From Arenicellales bacterium (GTDB taxonomy: Bacteria; Pseudomonadota; Gammaproteobacteria; BMS3Bbin11): 56,469 bases of DNA. Shown here one piece after another: positions 19,320-29,305 of this stretch; position 1 is the first letter of the stretch, and every line of letters begins with the position of its first letter. Where the stretch lies: contig JARFQI010000023.1 of NCBI GenBank assembly GCA_029287855.1, positions 1-56,469 on the forward strand, read 5' to 3'. The notes beneath the pieces were generated by a model. The model worked only from the letters and a program-made list of their open reading frames with translations. It ran no database searches and was not told the origin of the DNA. Position numbers and translations under genes: made by a program.

Positions 19320-20159
19320 TTACTCGTTAGCAAATGAGAAATCGATCAGGTACTGCATCAAACCGGCATAGCCACTTGGGTCTGCAGGTTCAAAGTTTGT
19401 AAATCCCATTTTTTTTAACATTGCCTTACCGTCATCGTTCTTGTCTGCTTCCAGCAAAGCGGTGCGTAGCTTGTCACGCTTGGCTTCCGGGATCTTCGGC
19501 GAGACAGAGATGGCAACGTGCGGGATTTGTACACTTGTTTTAACCACAACAAGGTCTTTACCTTCCTGTAGCGCCTGGTTCACCAGCGGAGTGGGTACAA
19601 TCGCTGCTATCACCTCGCCATCGAGCAGTTTTTGCAGGGACTCTTCAGCTGAATTAGTCGGCACAATGGAAGGCTGGCGTAGCGGGTTCCTGAACATCTG
19701 GCCAAGAAAAATACCGGAAGGAGCTGGTGGCATCAATGATGCGACCGTCTTGCCGACCAGTTCAGTGGTATCGAAAACGGCATTATCTGCTGTCACTATT
19801 AGTGTATAACTGACCAGGCCTGGTACTTTTGCAATCGAGACCCAGTTTTCTTTCTCATTCCGGTAATCAGTAAAAAACGCATTATCCATCATAATTTCGT
19901 ATGGATTGTTCTTTTTCTGGTTTACCCAGTATTCAGGAAAATCACGAGCCGTGTGTATATTTACCTCGTCTCCAGTAACCTTGGCGATGAAATCTGCCAG
20001 TGGTTTAAAAGATTTCCTGGTTTCGTCTTCACCAAGGATAGGCTGGATAGCGAAATCAAGTGTTGCTGCTGTTGCAGGCTGAAATAAGATGCCGAGGGCC
20101 AGGCCCAAACCACATAGGGTTTTTATTATAGTTGATTTTTCATTTAAAAATTGACTCAT
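19320..20159 (-). CDS. PhnD/SsuA-like periplasmic substrate-binding protein (orphan), paralogue 1
   Basis: A signal peptide is followed by FAIQPILGEDETRKSFKPLADFIAKVTG..., the PhnD-type 'Phosphonate-bd' N-terminal pattern. It is collinear with the ORF at 38577..39419. Confidence 0.7.
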   Translation of the reverse strand: MSQFLNEKSTIIKTLCGLGLALGILFQPATAATLDFAIQPILGEDETRKSFKPLADFIAKVTGDEVNIHTARDFPEYWVNQKKNNPYEIMMDNAFFTDYRNEKENWVSIAKVPGLVSYTLIVTADNAVFDTTELVGKTVASLMPPAPSGIFLGQMFRNPLRQPSIVPTNSAEESLQKLLDGEVIAAIVPTPLVNQALQEGKDLVVVKTSVQIPHVAISVSPKIPEAKRDKLRTALLEADKNDDGKAMLKKMGFTNFEPADPSGYAGLMQYLIDFSFANE

Positions 20160-20379
20160 CAGATTCTTCCTCCAGAAACTATTTCACTGAAAACATCACA
20201 GCGAAACTGATACTTAGCTATTATTATTTATAAATTATTATTGTTGATGCGATAAAAATTAGCCTGCACCCCGTAACACCTATAGATATTACATTATTAA
20301 TACTTATTCTAGCCGAGATAGTTAATCAGACAAGTTTTATTTGAGTAGTTTCAATAAAATAAGTGCATTATTTAAGAAA

Positions 20380-21558
20380 TTAGTTTCCCAATGCTCGATT
20401 AACAAAAAACTGTTTAAGCCCTGGCAGGTGATTAATCAGATCCATAGCCAGGTTTCGCGATTTTTGCACAGATTTGTGCTGACTGGTAAAGACACGCTGT
20501 ATTCCATCCATACCGGCCAGCATCATACCCGCATCGGCACGACGTCTGCGTGAGTACTTTCGCAGGTACAATGGATCTGCCAGGTCTCGCCCGTTCTGTA
20601 CCGCCTCAAATAGAATGGAAGTAAGATCAATGACATCCTGAAAACCAAGGTTGACTCCCTGACCGGCCAGTGGATGCACTGTGTGTGCAGCATCACCCAG
20701 CAACACAACACGCTCTGTACTATAGCTGTCGGCATTGGCCAGTATTAAAGGAAAGCCGGCGCGTGAACTAAGCAACTCGACATCTCCCAACCGGTGTTCG
20801 AAAGCCTCGGCAAGATGCTGTGAAAACACCTCATCATCAAACGCCAGCAATTGTTCTGCGAACTCCTTGTCAGCAGACCAGACAATTGAGCAACTACCAT
20901 CAGCCAGTGGCAGAAATGCCAAAGGTCCTGTCGGCAGAAAACGCTGCCATGCAGTATGTTCGTGTGGCAGAGATGTTCTGACTCTGGTGACGATCCCTGT
21001 CTGCTGATAATCGTGTCTACTGCTACTGATGCCACAATGCGCACGCACCTGAGAATTGCCACCGTCAGCCGCGATAATTAATGTGGCCCGAATTTCATTC
21101 CCACTATCCAGCTTGACCTCGACGCAGTCATCCAACCATGTCATCCCTGAAAGCCTGGCTCCGTTAATCAGCTTGACGTTAGGCATGCCATTGATCTGTT
21201 CTAACAAACAAGTGTTGATCAGATTATTTTCGACAATATAACCAAGACATGCCTGACCACTATCAGCAGCGTTAAAATCCAGGCTAGCGGTTCCGCTGGC
21301 ATCCCACACGTGCATCGACTGATAAGGAGACACCCGCCGTTCAGCGATTTTCTGCCAGGCCCCAATGTCGATTAATAATCTCTCTGAAGCGGCGCTGATC
21401 GCACTAACACGCAAACCATACACATCTTCAGACCACTGTGGAATCTCGCTGGCTTCTACCAGAGTAATTTTATAACCTTGCCTGGCAAGTGACAGTGCGG
21501 CAGCAGAGCCAACCATACCGGCACCAATGATAATTATATCTGCCTGTTGATCATTCAT
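20380..21558 (-). CDS. ubiI: UbiH/UbiF/VisC/COQ6-family FAD-dependent ubiquinone biosynthesis hydroxylase (UbiI position)
   Basis: It has the FAD fold DIIIIGAGMVGSAAAL and the GDAAHTVHPLAGQGVNLG motif. It lies downstream of ubiH, as visC/ubiI does in E. coli. Confidence 0.8.
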   Translation of the reverse strand: MNDQQADIIIIGAGMVGSAAALSLARQGYKITLVEASEIPQWSEDVYGLRVSAISAASERLLIDIGAWQKIAERRVSPYQSMHVWDASGTASLDFNAADSGQACLGYIVENNLINTCLLEQINGMPNVKLINGARLSGMTWLDDCVEVKLDSGNEIRATLIIAADGGNSQVRAHCGISSSRHDYQQTGIVTRVRTSLPHEHTAWQRFLPTGPLAFLPLADGSCSIVWSADKEFAEQLLAFDDEVFSQHLAEAFEHRLGDVELLSSRAGFPLILANADSYSTERVVLLGDAAHTVHPLAGQGVNLGFQDVIDLTSILFEAVQNGRDLADPLYLRKYSRRRRADAGMMLAGMDGIQRVFTSQHKSVQKSRNLAMDLINHLPGLKQFFVNRALGN

Positions 21559-21564
21559 TGCTAC

Positions 21565-22815
21565 TCATCCCATATCCAGCTGGCCATGCTGTTTCAATTT
21601 CAGGCCCCGTGCCAGTTTTGATTGACGCCCTGTCATGCCCATGGTTCGTTTTAGCAAGGCATGTTTTAACTCAGGCACTACATCCGTCAACAGCAAACCA
21701 AGGTTCCTGCCAGCAATTACAGGAGGTATCTGACTGGTGAAAAGCTTAATCATTCCGTGCGTAAATCCGGTGACCCGTTTAGTGTCTCTTGCTCGAATCT
21801 CTTCATAAATCTTGAGTACCTCAAGCGTGCCGACATCCTGCTTTTCTGCTTTTGCCCGGGCCAGAACTTCCGCTAACCAGGCAACGTCTCTTAGGCCGAG
21901 GTTGAATCCCTGTGCAGCTACCGGATGCACCGTATGCGCAGCATTTCCAACCAGCACAACGCGCGGCCCAATAGTTGTATCTACCCTGTTTCTGGCCAAT
22001 GGATAAGCATAGCGCTTCCCTGCACGGCTGAATCTGCCTAGGCGGTCGCCAAACTGCTGCTGTAACCGCTGCAGAAATTGCTCTTCGCTGAGCGACATGA
22101 GTTCATCTACGTCTGCTTTATCGACAGCCCAGACGCACCAGCATCGATTGCCATTCATCGGCAGCATGGCAAGTGGCCCGGAAGCAGTAAAGCGTTCATA
22201 GGCACAGTACTGATGTGGTTGTCCAGGTGAGACATTGCAGACAATCGCTGTCTGCTGATAGTCATCAACACTAGCCTGGAAATTCAGTTTATCACGCAAG
22301 CCGGAGCGGCCGCCATCGGCTATAACAACCAGCTTGCCTTTCACAGTAGTTTCCTTACCCTCAACTGCACAGCTAAGGGTTACCACGTCCTGGCCAATAT
22401 CTACATCGCTGACTGTTGCAGGGCTGATGATATCCACATCCTCTATTAGCTCCAGCCTGTTCATTAGCGCGGCGCCGATGGCGCGATTTTCAACCACATA
22501 ACCCAGTGCCTCAACTCCGGCATCCTTTCTATCGAGGTGTGTAAACCCCGGGTGGCCTCGATCGGATATATGGATACTATTAATTGGGCAGCGGGCCTCG
22601 GGATCTATCTGCTGCCAGATTCCTAAAGTTTCATAGATAAGCCGGGAACCGTGTGACAGAGAGATTGTTCGTACATCGTAGCTAGGCTGCAAATCAGACT
22701 GCCAGGGCACAGCTTCAAGAATGGCGATTTGCATACCTGAATCTGCCAGCGCACATGCCAGGCTAGCGCCAGCCATGCCACCACCAACTATCAATAGATC
22801 ATATTCTTTCGCCAT
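21565..22815 (-). CDS. ubiH: 2-octaprenyl-6-methoxyphenol hydroxylase-like FAD monooxygenase
   Basis: Motifs DLLIVGGGMAGASLA and GNAAHTVHPVAAQGFNLG are present. It occupies the ubiH position in ygfB-pepP-ubiH-ubiI synteny. Confidence 0.85.
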   Translation of the reverse strand: MAKEYDLLIVGGGMAGASLACALADSGMQIAILEAVPWQSDLQPSYDVRTISLSHGSRLIYETLGIWQQIDPEARCPINSIHISDRGHPGFTHLDRKDAGVEALGYVVENRAIGAALMNRLELIEDVDIISPATVSDVDIGQDVVTLSCAVEGKETTVKGKLVVIADGGRSGLRDKLNFQASVDDYQQTAIVCNVSPGQPHQYCAYERFTASGPLAMLPMNGNRCWCVWAVDKADVDELMSLSEEQFLQRLQQQFGDRLGRFSRAGKRYAYPLARNRVDTTIGPRVVLVGNAAHTVHPVAAQGFNLGLRDVAWLAEVLARAKAEKQDVGTLEVLKIYEEIRARDTKRVTGFTHGMIKLFTSQIPPVIAGRNLGLLLTDVVPELKHALLKRTMGMTGRQSKLARGLKLKQHGQLDMG

Positions 22816-22820
22816 CCCAA

Positions 22821-24122
22821 TTACCTGTTCATAAGATGCTCAATATCATCAATTTTCTTCGGCGCGTCCTCGCTCAAGACTTCATGACCATTTTTCGTCA
22901 CTGCCACATCATCTTCGATTCTTATGCCAATATTCCACCAGCGCTCGTCAACATCTTCTGACCCGGCAACAACATACAGCCCCGGCTCAACCGTCATAAC
23001 CATTCCGCTCTCAAGCTCGCGCCAGCGATCATTTACCTTGTAATCCCCCACATCATGGACATCAAGACCCAACCAGTGTCCGGTCTTGTGCATATAGAAA
23101 CGCTGATAGGCGCTACTTGCATGCAACTCATCAACATCGCCCTGCAGCAGACCATGCTCGACCAGGCCTTCGGTTATAATGCGGGTCGCTGCATTATGCG
23201 GAGCATCCCAGGTTACGCCGGGTTTGATGGTTTCAATCGCAGCATACTGCGCCGCCAACACGACCTCATAAAGAGCTCGCTGCTCGCCACTAAATTTGCC
23301 GTTGACGGGGAAACTGCGTGATATGTCTGATGCATAACCATCAATCTCGCAGCCGGCATCGATCAATAGCATATCTCCGTCTTTAAGTTCAGCTGAATTC
23401 TCTGTGTAATGCAGGATGCAGGCATTCTCGCCAGTCGCTACAATCGGCGGGTAGGCGGGGTACTCACTACCTTTTCTGCGAAAGATATACTGAAACTCAG
23501 CCTCAATTTCATATTCCTTCATTCCGGGCTTGCACACCTTCATCGCCTGTCTATGTGCACGCGCGGAAATCTTGCATGCCTTTTGTATTAGTGATTTTTC
23601 TCCGCATCTTTTGACCAGTCGCATTTCATGCAGAATATGGCCCAGATCAAGAATTTCAGCGGGTGCGGAAATACCTGTACGTGATTTACTGCGAACCTCA
23701 TTCACCCATGTCATCAGCCGGGAATCAAATTCATCATTAGCGCCCATGCTGTAAAATACTTTTTCCCGATTCTCGAGCAGACCGGGAACAATCTCGTCAA
23801 TGTCTGTAATCGGAAAGGCATCATCAGCACCATAATACTCACAGGCACCCTCCAGCCCTGCCCGTCGCCCATCCCAGATCTCTTTCTCTGGATCTCTTTC
23901 CCGGCAAAAAAGAATAAACTCTCCATGTTCCCTGCCGGGCACAAGAACAGCAACTGCCTCAGGCTCATTGAAATGAGTCAAATAGTAAAAATCACTGGCA
24001 GCGCGAAACCGATAAAGAACATCACGACTACGAACACTCTCTCTGGAAGTGGGAATTATTGCCACCCCGCCCCCCATCATTTGCATTACTTCCTGACGAC
24101 GTTTAACGAATTGCTCGTTCAT
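22821..24122 (-). CDS. pepP: Xaa-Pro aminopeptidase
   Basis: 433 aa. It has the M24B metal ligands (DAGCEIDGYASDISR, HKTGHWLGLDVHD, EPGLY, IRIEDD) and conserved synteny. Confidence 0.92.
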   Translation of the reverse strand: MNEQFVKRRQEVMQMMGGGVAIIPTSRESVRSRDVLYRFRAASDFYYLTHFNEPEAVAVLVPGREHGEFILFCRERDPEKEIWDGRRAGLEGACEYYGADDAFPITDIDEIVPGLLENREKVFYSMGANDEFDSRLMTWVNEVRSKSRTGISAPAEILDLGHILHEMRLVKRCGEKSLIQKACKISARAHRQAMKVCKPGMKEYEIEAEFQYIFRRKGSEYPAYPPIVATGENACILHYTENSAELKDGDMLLIDAGCEIDGYASDISRSFPVNGKFSGEQRALYEVVLAAQYAAIETIKPGVTWDAPHNAATRIITEGLVEHGLLQGDVDELHASSAYQRFYMHKTGHWLGLDVHDVGDYKVNDRWRELESGMVMTVEPGLYVVAGSEDVDERWWNIGIRIEDDVAVTKNGHEVLSEDAPKKIDDIEHLMNR

Positions 24123-24125
24123 TCC

Positions 24126-24695
24126 TTATTGTTCCCCCTGCTCATATGTGCGATTCACTTCATCACTGATATTTGTCAGCACGGCATAGAGTATCTGTAC
24201 TCCAACACGCACATATTCCTCCAGATGCATTAAATCACTATCGGAACCGCTGTTATCCCCTGATGTGTCTAGCTGAGAAATTTCCACCAGGTCTTTTGCT
24301 ACTTCGGCGGCATCTACTGGCAATTTATCAAACTCTTTGATACCTGATTCGAGCAGGCCCATTACATATCCCCCGCACCATTCCGCCAATGCCCTGCTCC
24401 TGTCCAGTAGAGGGGCATCATCATCCGGCAACAATAACTGAAAATTAAAATCCTCGTCTCTATATCCTTCAGCGGTAAGATGCACCAGTTGAGAAATAAG
24501 CTCAGCAAATTCCGCATCTTCTTTCACCCGTTCATCTTCTTCAGTGAAAAACCTTGAAATCAGAGCGGTATTCTGAGTATTCAGGGCGCCGGCGATTAAA
24601 CCATGGCATTCTGCAGCAGATAACTGGCTGTTTACCCGGCGTAACGCGGCAGTTAATAAATCATATTGCGGTAGTGTGCTGATGTTACGTTCCAT
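24126..24695 (-). CDS. ygfB: UPF0149 family protein YgfB
   Basis: 189 aa. The AAECHGLIAGAL motif and its position upstream of pepP support the call. Confidence 0.8.
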   Translation of the reverse strand: MERNISTLPQYDLLTAALRRVNSQLSAAECHGLIAGALNTQNTALISRFFTEEDERVKEDAEFAELISQLVHLTAEGYRDEDFNFQLLLPDDDAPLLDRSRALAEWCGGYVMGLLESGIKEFDKLPVDAAEVAKDLVEISQLDTSGDNSGSDSDLMHLEEYVRVGVQILYAVLTNISDEVNRTYEQGEQ

Positions 24696-24956
24696 TACTT
24701 ATCCGATATTTAACCTGTTTCAACGCTCTTTTTTACCCACTTATGACGATAAAATAGCCATAAATCTGATTTCACTGCCTTATTCAGGTTTATTCCTGAG
24801 GAAAAAAGTCATATTATCTTTCAACAGCCTTGTGCAACAAGTAATATATGGCTTGATATAATAACAACTTTAGTAATCTATTTTAGTAAGCTAGAAAGAC
24901 TATTCTAAAGACACTCACTTGTTTTGAGCATTAAATGACCCAGGAGAGGTTGTGAT

Positions 24957-25166
24957 GTGATTCAGGAAGAACTTGATAAACTGGAAGCCCGTATACACGA
25001 ATTGTCTGAGACTCTGCGTCGACTGGAGGAGCAAAACCGTATCCTGCGTGTCGACCAACGGTCCCTGAACAAGGAGAACGGCCGCCTGACAGAAAAAAAC
25101 CGAATCGCCTGTACCAGGCTGGAATCGATTGTTAACCGACTCAAATCACTGGAGCAATCTGTTTGA
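24957..25166 (+). CDS. Small coiled-coil protein upstream of zapA (ZapB-like / TIGR02449-like)
   Basis: 69 aa with heptad-rich sequence (LDKLEARIHELSETLRRLEEQNRILR...). It has a GTG start with AGGAGAGG upstream. Its stop overlaps the zapA start (TTGA). Confidence 0.65.
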   Translation: MIQEELDKLEARIHELSETLRRLEEQNRILRVDQRSLNKENGRLTEKNRIACTRLESIVNRLKSLEQSV

Positions 25167-25474
25167 AATCAACTGCTAACGGATGCAAAATTACCATTCT
25201 GGGCAAGGATTACACTGTAGCCTGCCCTGAAGAAAAGCGAGAAGAACTGATCGCTACTGCAGCTTACCTGGACAAGAACATGCGAGAGATACAGCAAAGT
25301 GGTGCTGTACTTGGAACAGAACGCGTCGCGGTCATGGCTGCACTTAATATTGCTCATGACCTGCTGTCACTGCGCGAAAACACCGGCCTCACCGTTGAAA
25401 TGGAAACCCGTATCAAGAATCTTCGCAGAAATCTTGAAGAAGCCTTGGATGGCCAGGCTGAAATGGAGCTATAA
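25163..25474 (+). CDS. zapA: Cell division protein ZapA
   Basis: KITILGKDYTVACPEE...AAYLDKNMREI...RVAVMAALNIAHDLL matches the ZapA pattern. It has a TTG start. It is followed by 6S RNA and ygfA, as in E. coli. Confidence 0.85.
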   Translation: MKSTANGCKITILGKDYTVACPEEKREELIATAAYLDKNMREIQQSGAVLGTERVAVMAALNIAHDLLSLRENTGLTVEMETRIKNLRRNLEEALDGQAEMEL

Positions 25475-25480
25475 TAATCA

Positions 25481-25676
25481 AGTGGCGCCTTCTGCGGTGT
25501 GCGTAGCACTCTGAAAACCCTTAGAACCTAATCCACAATACCGGGACTTAGAGGTAACGCTGTTGAGCCGTCTCCATGACTCATGTTGATAGCCTGATGC
25601 ATGGCCAAGAGTCCCACTTGAACCTTTGGTTCAAGGATAATGAGTGTTACGGCACAGGCGGGGGCGCCACTCTCTC
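25481..25676 (+). ncRNA. ssrS: 6S RNA
   Basis: The closing stem is GUGGCGCC...GGCGCCAC. An internal CACUUGAACCUUUGGUUCAAGGAUAAUG...ACGGCACAGGCGG segment closely parallels E. coli 6S (CACCUUGAACCAAGGGUUCAAGGGUUACAGCCUGCGGCGG). It sits between zapA and ygfA. The ends are approximate, to about 5 nt. Confidence 0.88.
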
Positions 25677-25697
25677 TAGTATAATGGCCGCCAGTTG

Positions 25698-26348
25698 ATG
25701 ACTGACTATATGATAGACAAGACAGCCATTCGCCAGCAGATGCGTAAAAGGCGCTCAAGCTTACCTGCTTTTCGCCAGCATCTCGCAAGCTTTGCTCTTC
25801 TACGCAGAATTTTACTTCATGTATCTGCCATACACCGCGCAGACAGAATCTCGTTTTACCTGGCACAGGATGGTGAAATAGATTTATTGCCATTAATGCT
25901 GCATTGCTTCAGACAGGGCAGACGCTGCTTTCTTCCCGTGCTGGGGACAATGGATGATCAAAAACTTAATTTTGCCGAGTGGGTGCCCGGAATGGCCATG
26001 GTAAAAAACCGATTTGGTATACCAGAACCTTCTGTACATACACACCAGCTTTCATCGGCTGCAGATATGAACCTGGTGTTCATGCCGCTGGTAGCATTTG
26101 ACGACTGCGGTAATCGTCTTGGCATGGGAGGCGGCTATTATGACCGCACCCTGGCTGCTTACTGCACTCCTGAAATAAAGCATCAGAACCGTTTCCAACA
26201 TAACGGAAGATGCCCCCGCCTGGTCGCTACGGCTCATGACATCCAGCATGTCCCTGAGCTCACTCGAGAAAGCTGGGACGTCATCCCTGACATCACGATA
26301 ACACCGGGCCGCGTCATCAGGCCACGTTGCTTTTCAATCTCTTTTTAA
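25698..26348 (+). CDS. ygfA: 5-formyltetrahydrofolate cyclo-ligase
   Basis: It has the motifs IRQQMRKRR, MPLVAFD..GNRLGMGGGYYDR and E.WD. Its position immediately 3' of ssrS fits. The start is uncertain (TTG 25695, ATG 25698 or ATG 25710). Confidence 0.85.
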   Translation: MTDYMIDKTAIRQQMRKRRSSLPAFRQHLASFALLRRILLHVSAIHRADRISFYLAQDGEIDLLPLMLHCFRQGRRCFLPVLGTMDDQKLNFAEWVPGMAMVKNRFGIPEPSVHTHQLSSAADMNLVFMPLVAFDDCGNRLGMGGGYYDRTLAAYCTPEIKHQNRFQHNGRCPRLVATAHDIQHVPELTRESWDVIPDITITPGRVIRPRCFSISF

Positions 26349-26666
26349 ATGCCTGCAATCACCATCCGCATGAAAAACGATAACAGCATTCTGCTGCAGG
26401 CTGGCGGTGGCCAGTTACAGCTGATTGAGAACAACTATTACGTACACCCAGACCTGATTGACATGAATCTGTTTAAGATTAGTGACCGCATCTATAACTG
26501 CCCTGTAAAAGGGGTCTGTCTATGGGTGGACCTTAATACAGAACTTGGCTGGATAAATGATATCTGTTGGGTTTACCCAGAGCCCAAAAAGGCTTATCAG
26601 CATATAGCAGGCTGGTTTGGATTTTATCCCAGCCATCGACAGTACGATATTATAGGGCAACCCTGA
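26349..26666 (+). CDS. DUF427 domain-containing protein
   Basis: NNYYVHPDLIDMNLF...YNCPVKGVCLWVDL...WVYPEPKKAYQHIAGWFGFY resembles the DUF427 pattern (..YFP.ED......S...T.CP.KG.A.Y.....AW.Y..P......I.G...F). The ATG follows the ygfA stop directly. Confidence 0.65.
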   Translation: MPAITIRMKNDNSILLQAGGGQLQLIENNYYVHPDLIDMNLFKISDRIYNCPVKGVCLWVDLNTELGWINDICWVYPEPKKAYQHIAGWFGFYPSHRQYDIIGQP

Positions 26667-26817
26667 TATCCATGAATATTCATCTACCATCCCAAATCGT
26701 CCCTCTCTGCGTTAAGAATCTTCGCAATAGCCAGCTATTGCGTGCGATCCTTGCCTTGATTTGAACTATTTGGAATACAACCTGATCTATCCAGAATTAA
26801 TAGAGGTGCCCTAATAA

Positions 26818-27276
26818 ATGAACTACTGGCTATTTAAGAGTGAACCCGATGTATTCGGTATCGAGCATCTCAAGGCATTGCCGGATCAGACTGACCACTG
26901 GGATGGTATTCGAAATTATCAGGCAAGAAATATGCTGCGTGATGACATCAAGCAAGGCGACCTGGTTTTCTTCTATCACTCGAACTGCAAGGAGCCTGGT
27001 ATTGTTGGCATCATGGAGGTCACGCGAGATGGTTACCCGGATTACACAGCGACTGACCCTGAACAACATTACTACGACCCGAAGAGTGACCCCGACAATC
27101 CCCGCTGGTATATGGTGGATGTGAAATTTGTACGCGATCTCAAACGCAACATCACCCTGCAGGAATTAAAACCATTGCCAGAACTCGAGGGTATGCCGCT
27201 GATCCGAAGAGGCAACCGCTTATCAATCATGCCTGTGAGTGAGGAGCACTGGCAAATGATCCTTGATATGGAATAA
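26818..27276 (+). CDS. EVE (PUA-like) domain-containing protein
   Basis: MNYWLFKSEPDVFGIEHL...WDGIRNYQARNMLRD.IKQGDLVFFYHSN is a canonical EVE domain start. The 152-aa protein is standalone. Confidence 0.85.
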   Translation: MNYWLFKSEPDVFGIEHLKALPDQTDHWDGIRNYQARNMLRDDIKQGDLVFFYHSNCKEPGIVGIMEVTRDGYPDYTATDPEQHYYDPKSDPDNPRWYMVDVKFVRDLKRNITLQELKPLPELEGMPLIRRGNRLSIMPVSEEHWQMILDME

Positions 27277-27355
27277 AAACACCTCAGGGTTAAATATCCC
27301 TCAACGTTCACCTGAAGCCTTTGACTTGAAACTTGAAACTAACCAGGATACATCA

Positions 27356-27961
27356 ATGAAATTAATTAAAACTGTACTACTGCCAACCCTGCTGCTAAGC
27401 AGCCTCATTTTACCTGCCCAGGCCAGCCAGCAGCCTGTCGTCACGTTTGAAACCAGCGCAGGGAATTTTGAAGTGACTTTATATCCGGATAAAGCCCCGG
27501 CGACAGTTAAAAACTTCCTCACCCTGGTTGATCAAAAACACTACAACGGCACAATATTCCACCGGGTGATTAAAAACTTCATGATTCAGGGCGGCGGGCT
27601 GAATGCATCATTGGAAAAAATAGGTGGCGTAAGCCCCATTCAAAACGAGGCCGATAATGGTCTAAAGAATCTGAAAGGTACTATCGCCATGGCACGTACC
27701 GGTGAACCGCATTCAGCGACCGATCAATTTTTCATCAATACCAAAGATAATTCCAATCTTGATCATAGCGGCAAGAATATGCGCGGCTGGGGCTATGCCG
27801 TGTTTGGCAAGGTCACTAATGGCATGGACGTGGTAATGAAGATCGAAAGCAGTGTGACCACGACTAAATCAGGTCGCCAGGATGTTCCAGTAAAAAATAT
27901 TGAAATTCTGCAGATTAAAAGAGTGAAAAACGCGGCCCCTGCGAGCGGGCCAGGTAAATAA
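27356..27961 (+). CDS. ppiA: Periplasmic cyclophilin-type peptidyl-prolyl cis-trans isomerase
   Basis: The signal peptide MKLIKTVLLPTLLLSSLILPAQA is followed by FHRVIKNFMIQGGG and GTIAMAR motifs. The start is moved to the internal ATG at 27356. Confidence 0.9.
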   Translation: MKLIKTVLLPTLLLSSLILPAQASQQPVVTFETSAGNFEVTLYPDKAPATVKNFLTLVDQKHYNGTIFHRVIKNFMIQGGGLNASLEKIGGVSPIQNEADNGLKNLKGTIAMARTGEPHSATDQFFINTKDNSNLDHSGKNMRGWGYAVFGKVTNGMDVVMKIESSVTTTKSGRQDVPVKNIEILQIKRVKNAAPASGPGK

Positions 27962-28040
27962 GCAAAATCAATCTGTGCAAAAATTCCGCCACACCCGGGT
28001 AGTGGGTACAGCAATAATCACTCAGGCATATTCCAGCTTG

Positions 28041-28505
28041 CTAGAGAAAGGCTTCCAGCTCCTCTAGCGCGGCCTGATAGACATCTCTCTTAAAGTGAAC
28101 TACATGCTTCAGAGGCTGCCAGTAGGTCACCCATTGCCAGTGATCAAATTCGGGACAAGCACCGTTATCCAGGCAAACATCGTTATCACAACCAGTGAGG
28201 CGCAACAGAAACCAGAGTTGCTTCTGCCCCCTGAAGCGAGATTGTCCATGACGCCGGCAGGATTTTGGCAAGTCATAACGCAACCAGTCACTGGTCCTGC
28301 CAATAATCTCGACGTGTTGTCGCTTGAGACCAATCTCCTCTCTTAATTCTCGAAACATCGCATCGTCCGGTGTTTCGTGATCTTTTACACCGCCCTGTGG
28401 AAACTGCCAGCCATCATGCCTGATGCGACGGGCCCACAATACCTGCTGATTTTCATTGCACAACACGATGCCGACATTAGGCCTGTAACCTTCTTTGTCT
28501 AGCAT
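28041..28505 (-). CDS. rppH: RNA pyrophosphohydrolase
   Basis: It has [12 protein letters not shown]...WQFPQGG and the Nudix box [23 protein letters not shown]. The start is moved to [10 protein letters not shown]. Confidence 0.9.
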   Translation of the reverse strand: MLDKEGYRPNVGIVLCNENQQVLWARRIRHDGWQFPQGGVKDHETPDDAMFRELREEIGLKRQHVEIIGRTSDWLRYDLPKSCRRHGQSRFRGQKQLWFLLRLTGCDNDVCLDNGACPEFDHWQWVTYWQPLKHVVHFKRDVYQAALEELEAFL

Positions 28506-28642
28506 AGTAAATTCCAGTTTTTCAAAACAATACTGCAAAAATTATCACACTGTCATCAATCTGTCACATTTTCAAAGAGTATATCGCCCGAACTAAGAAT
28601 ACGCTGTAGAATGAGCGCTTAAAAACATACGGACATAAAACG

Positions 28643-29305
28643 GTGGCACTGGCAATTTTTGACCTCGATAACACCCTCCTTAGGGGGGACAGTGATTATC
28701 TCTGGGGTATGTATCTAATCGATAAAGGCGCTGTTGATGAGGAGTCTCATCAACGGGAAAACGAACGTTTTTATCAGGAATATATCAAAGGCCAGATAGA
28801 TATCATGGCTTTCCTGCGCTTTCAACTGGCTCCCCTCGCCCGCATTCCTCGATCTGAACTTTTGCAGATGCGGGAGGATTTTATCGAGAATTTCATCAAG
28901 CCAATCATTACTGAGCAGGCACTGGAACTGGTAGACAAACACCGACAACAGGGCGATGTCCTGTTGATAATAACAGCAACGAACGATTTTGTTACCCGGC
29001 CCATTGCTGACCTGTTTGGCATTGATGATTTAATTGCCACTAATGCAGAACTTAAAAATAATCAATACACTGGTGCAGTTAGCGGCACTCCCAGTTTTCA
29101 GAAAGGTAAGATTTCCCGATTACGTGAGTGGCTAGACGAAACTGGTCACGACATGCAGGGAAGCTGGTTTTATTCTGATTCCCACAATGATCTTCCGCTG
29201 CTGCAGGAAGTCGACAACCCAGTTGCTGTCAACCCCGATCCAACACTGGCAGAGTATGCCCAACGCGCAGGCTGGAAAGTCATCACTTTAGCGGATCCTG
29301 AGTGA
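28643..29305 (+). CDS. HAD-IB family hydrolase (SerB-like subfamily)
   Basis: IFDLDNTLL (motif I), ITATN (motif II) and SDSHNDLPLL (motif IV) are present. It has a GTG start and is divergent from rppH, as in Pseudomonas. Confidence 0.85.
   Translation: MALAIFDLDNTLLRGDSDYLWGMYLIDKGAVDEESHQRENERFYQEYIKGQIDIMAFLRFQLAPLARIPRSELLQMREDFIENFIKPIITEQALELVDKHRQQGDVLLIITATNDFVTRPIADLFGIDDLIATNAELKNNQYTGAVSGTPSFQKGKISRLREWLDETGHDMQGSWFYSDSHNDLPLLQEVDNPVAVNPDPTLAEYAQRAGWKVITLADPE

Noticed and set aside
25528-25893. 121-aa minus-strand ORF from the six-frame track
   Set aside because: It is antisense to the 6S RNA and to the 5' end of ygfA, and it has no recognisable motifs. The interval is fully explained by ssrS and ygfA.
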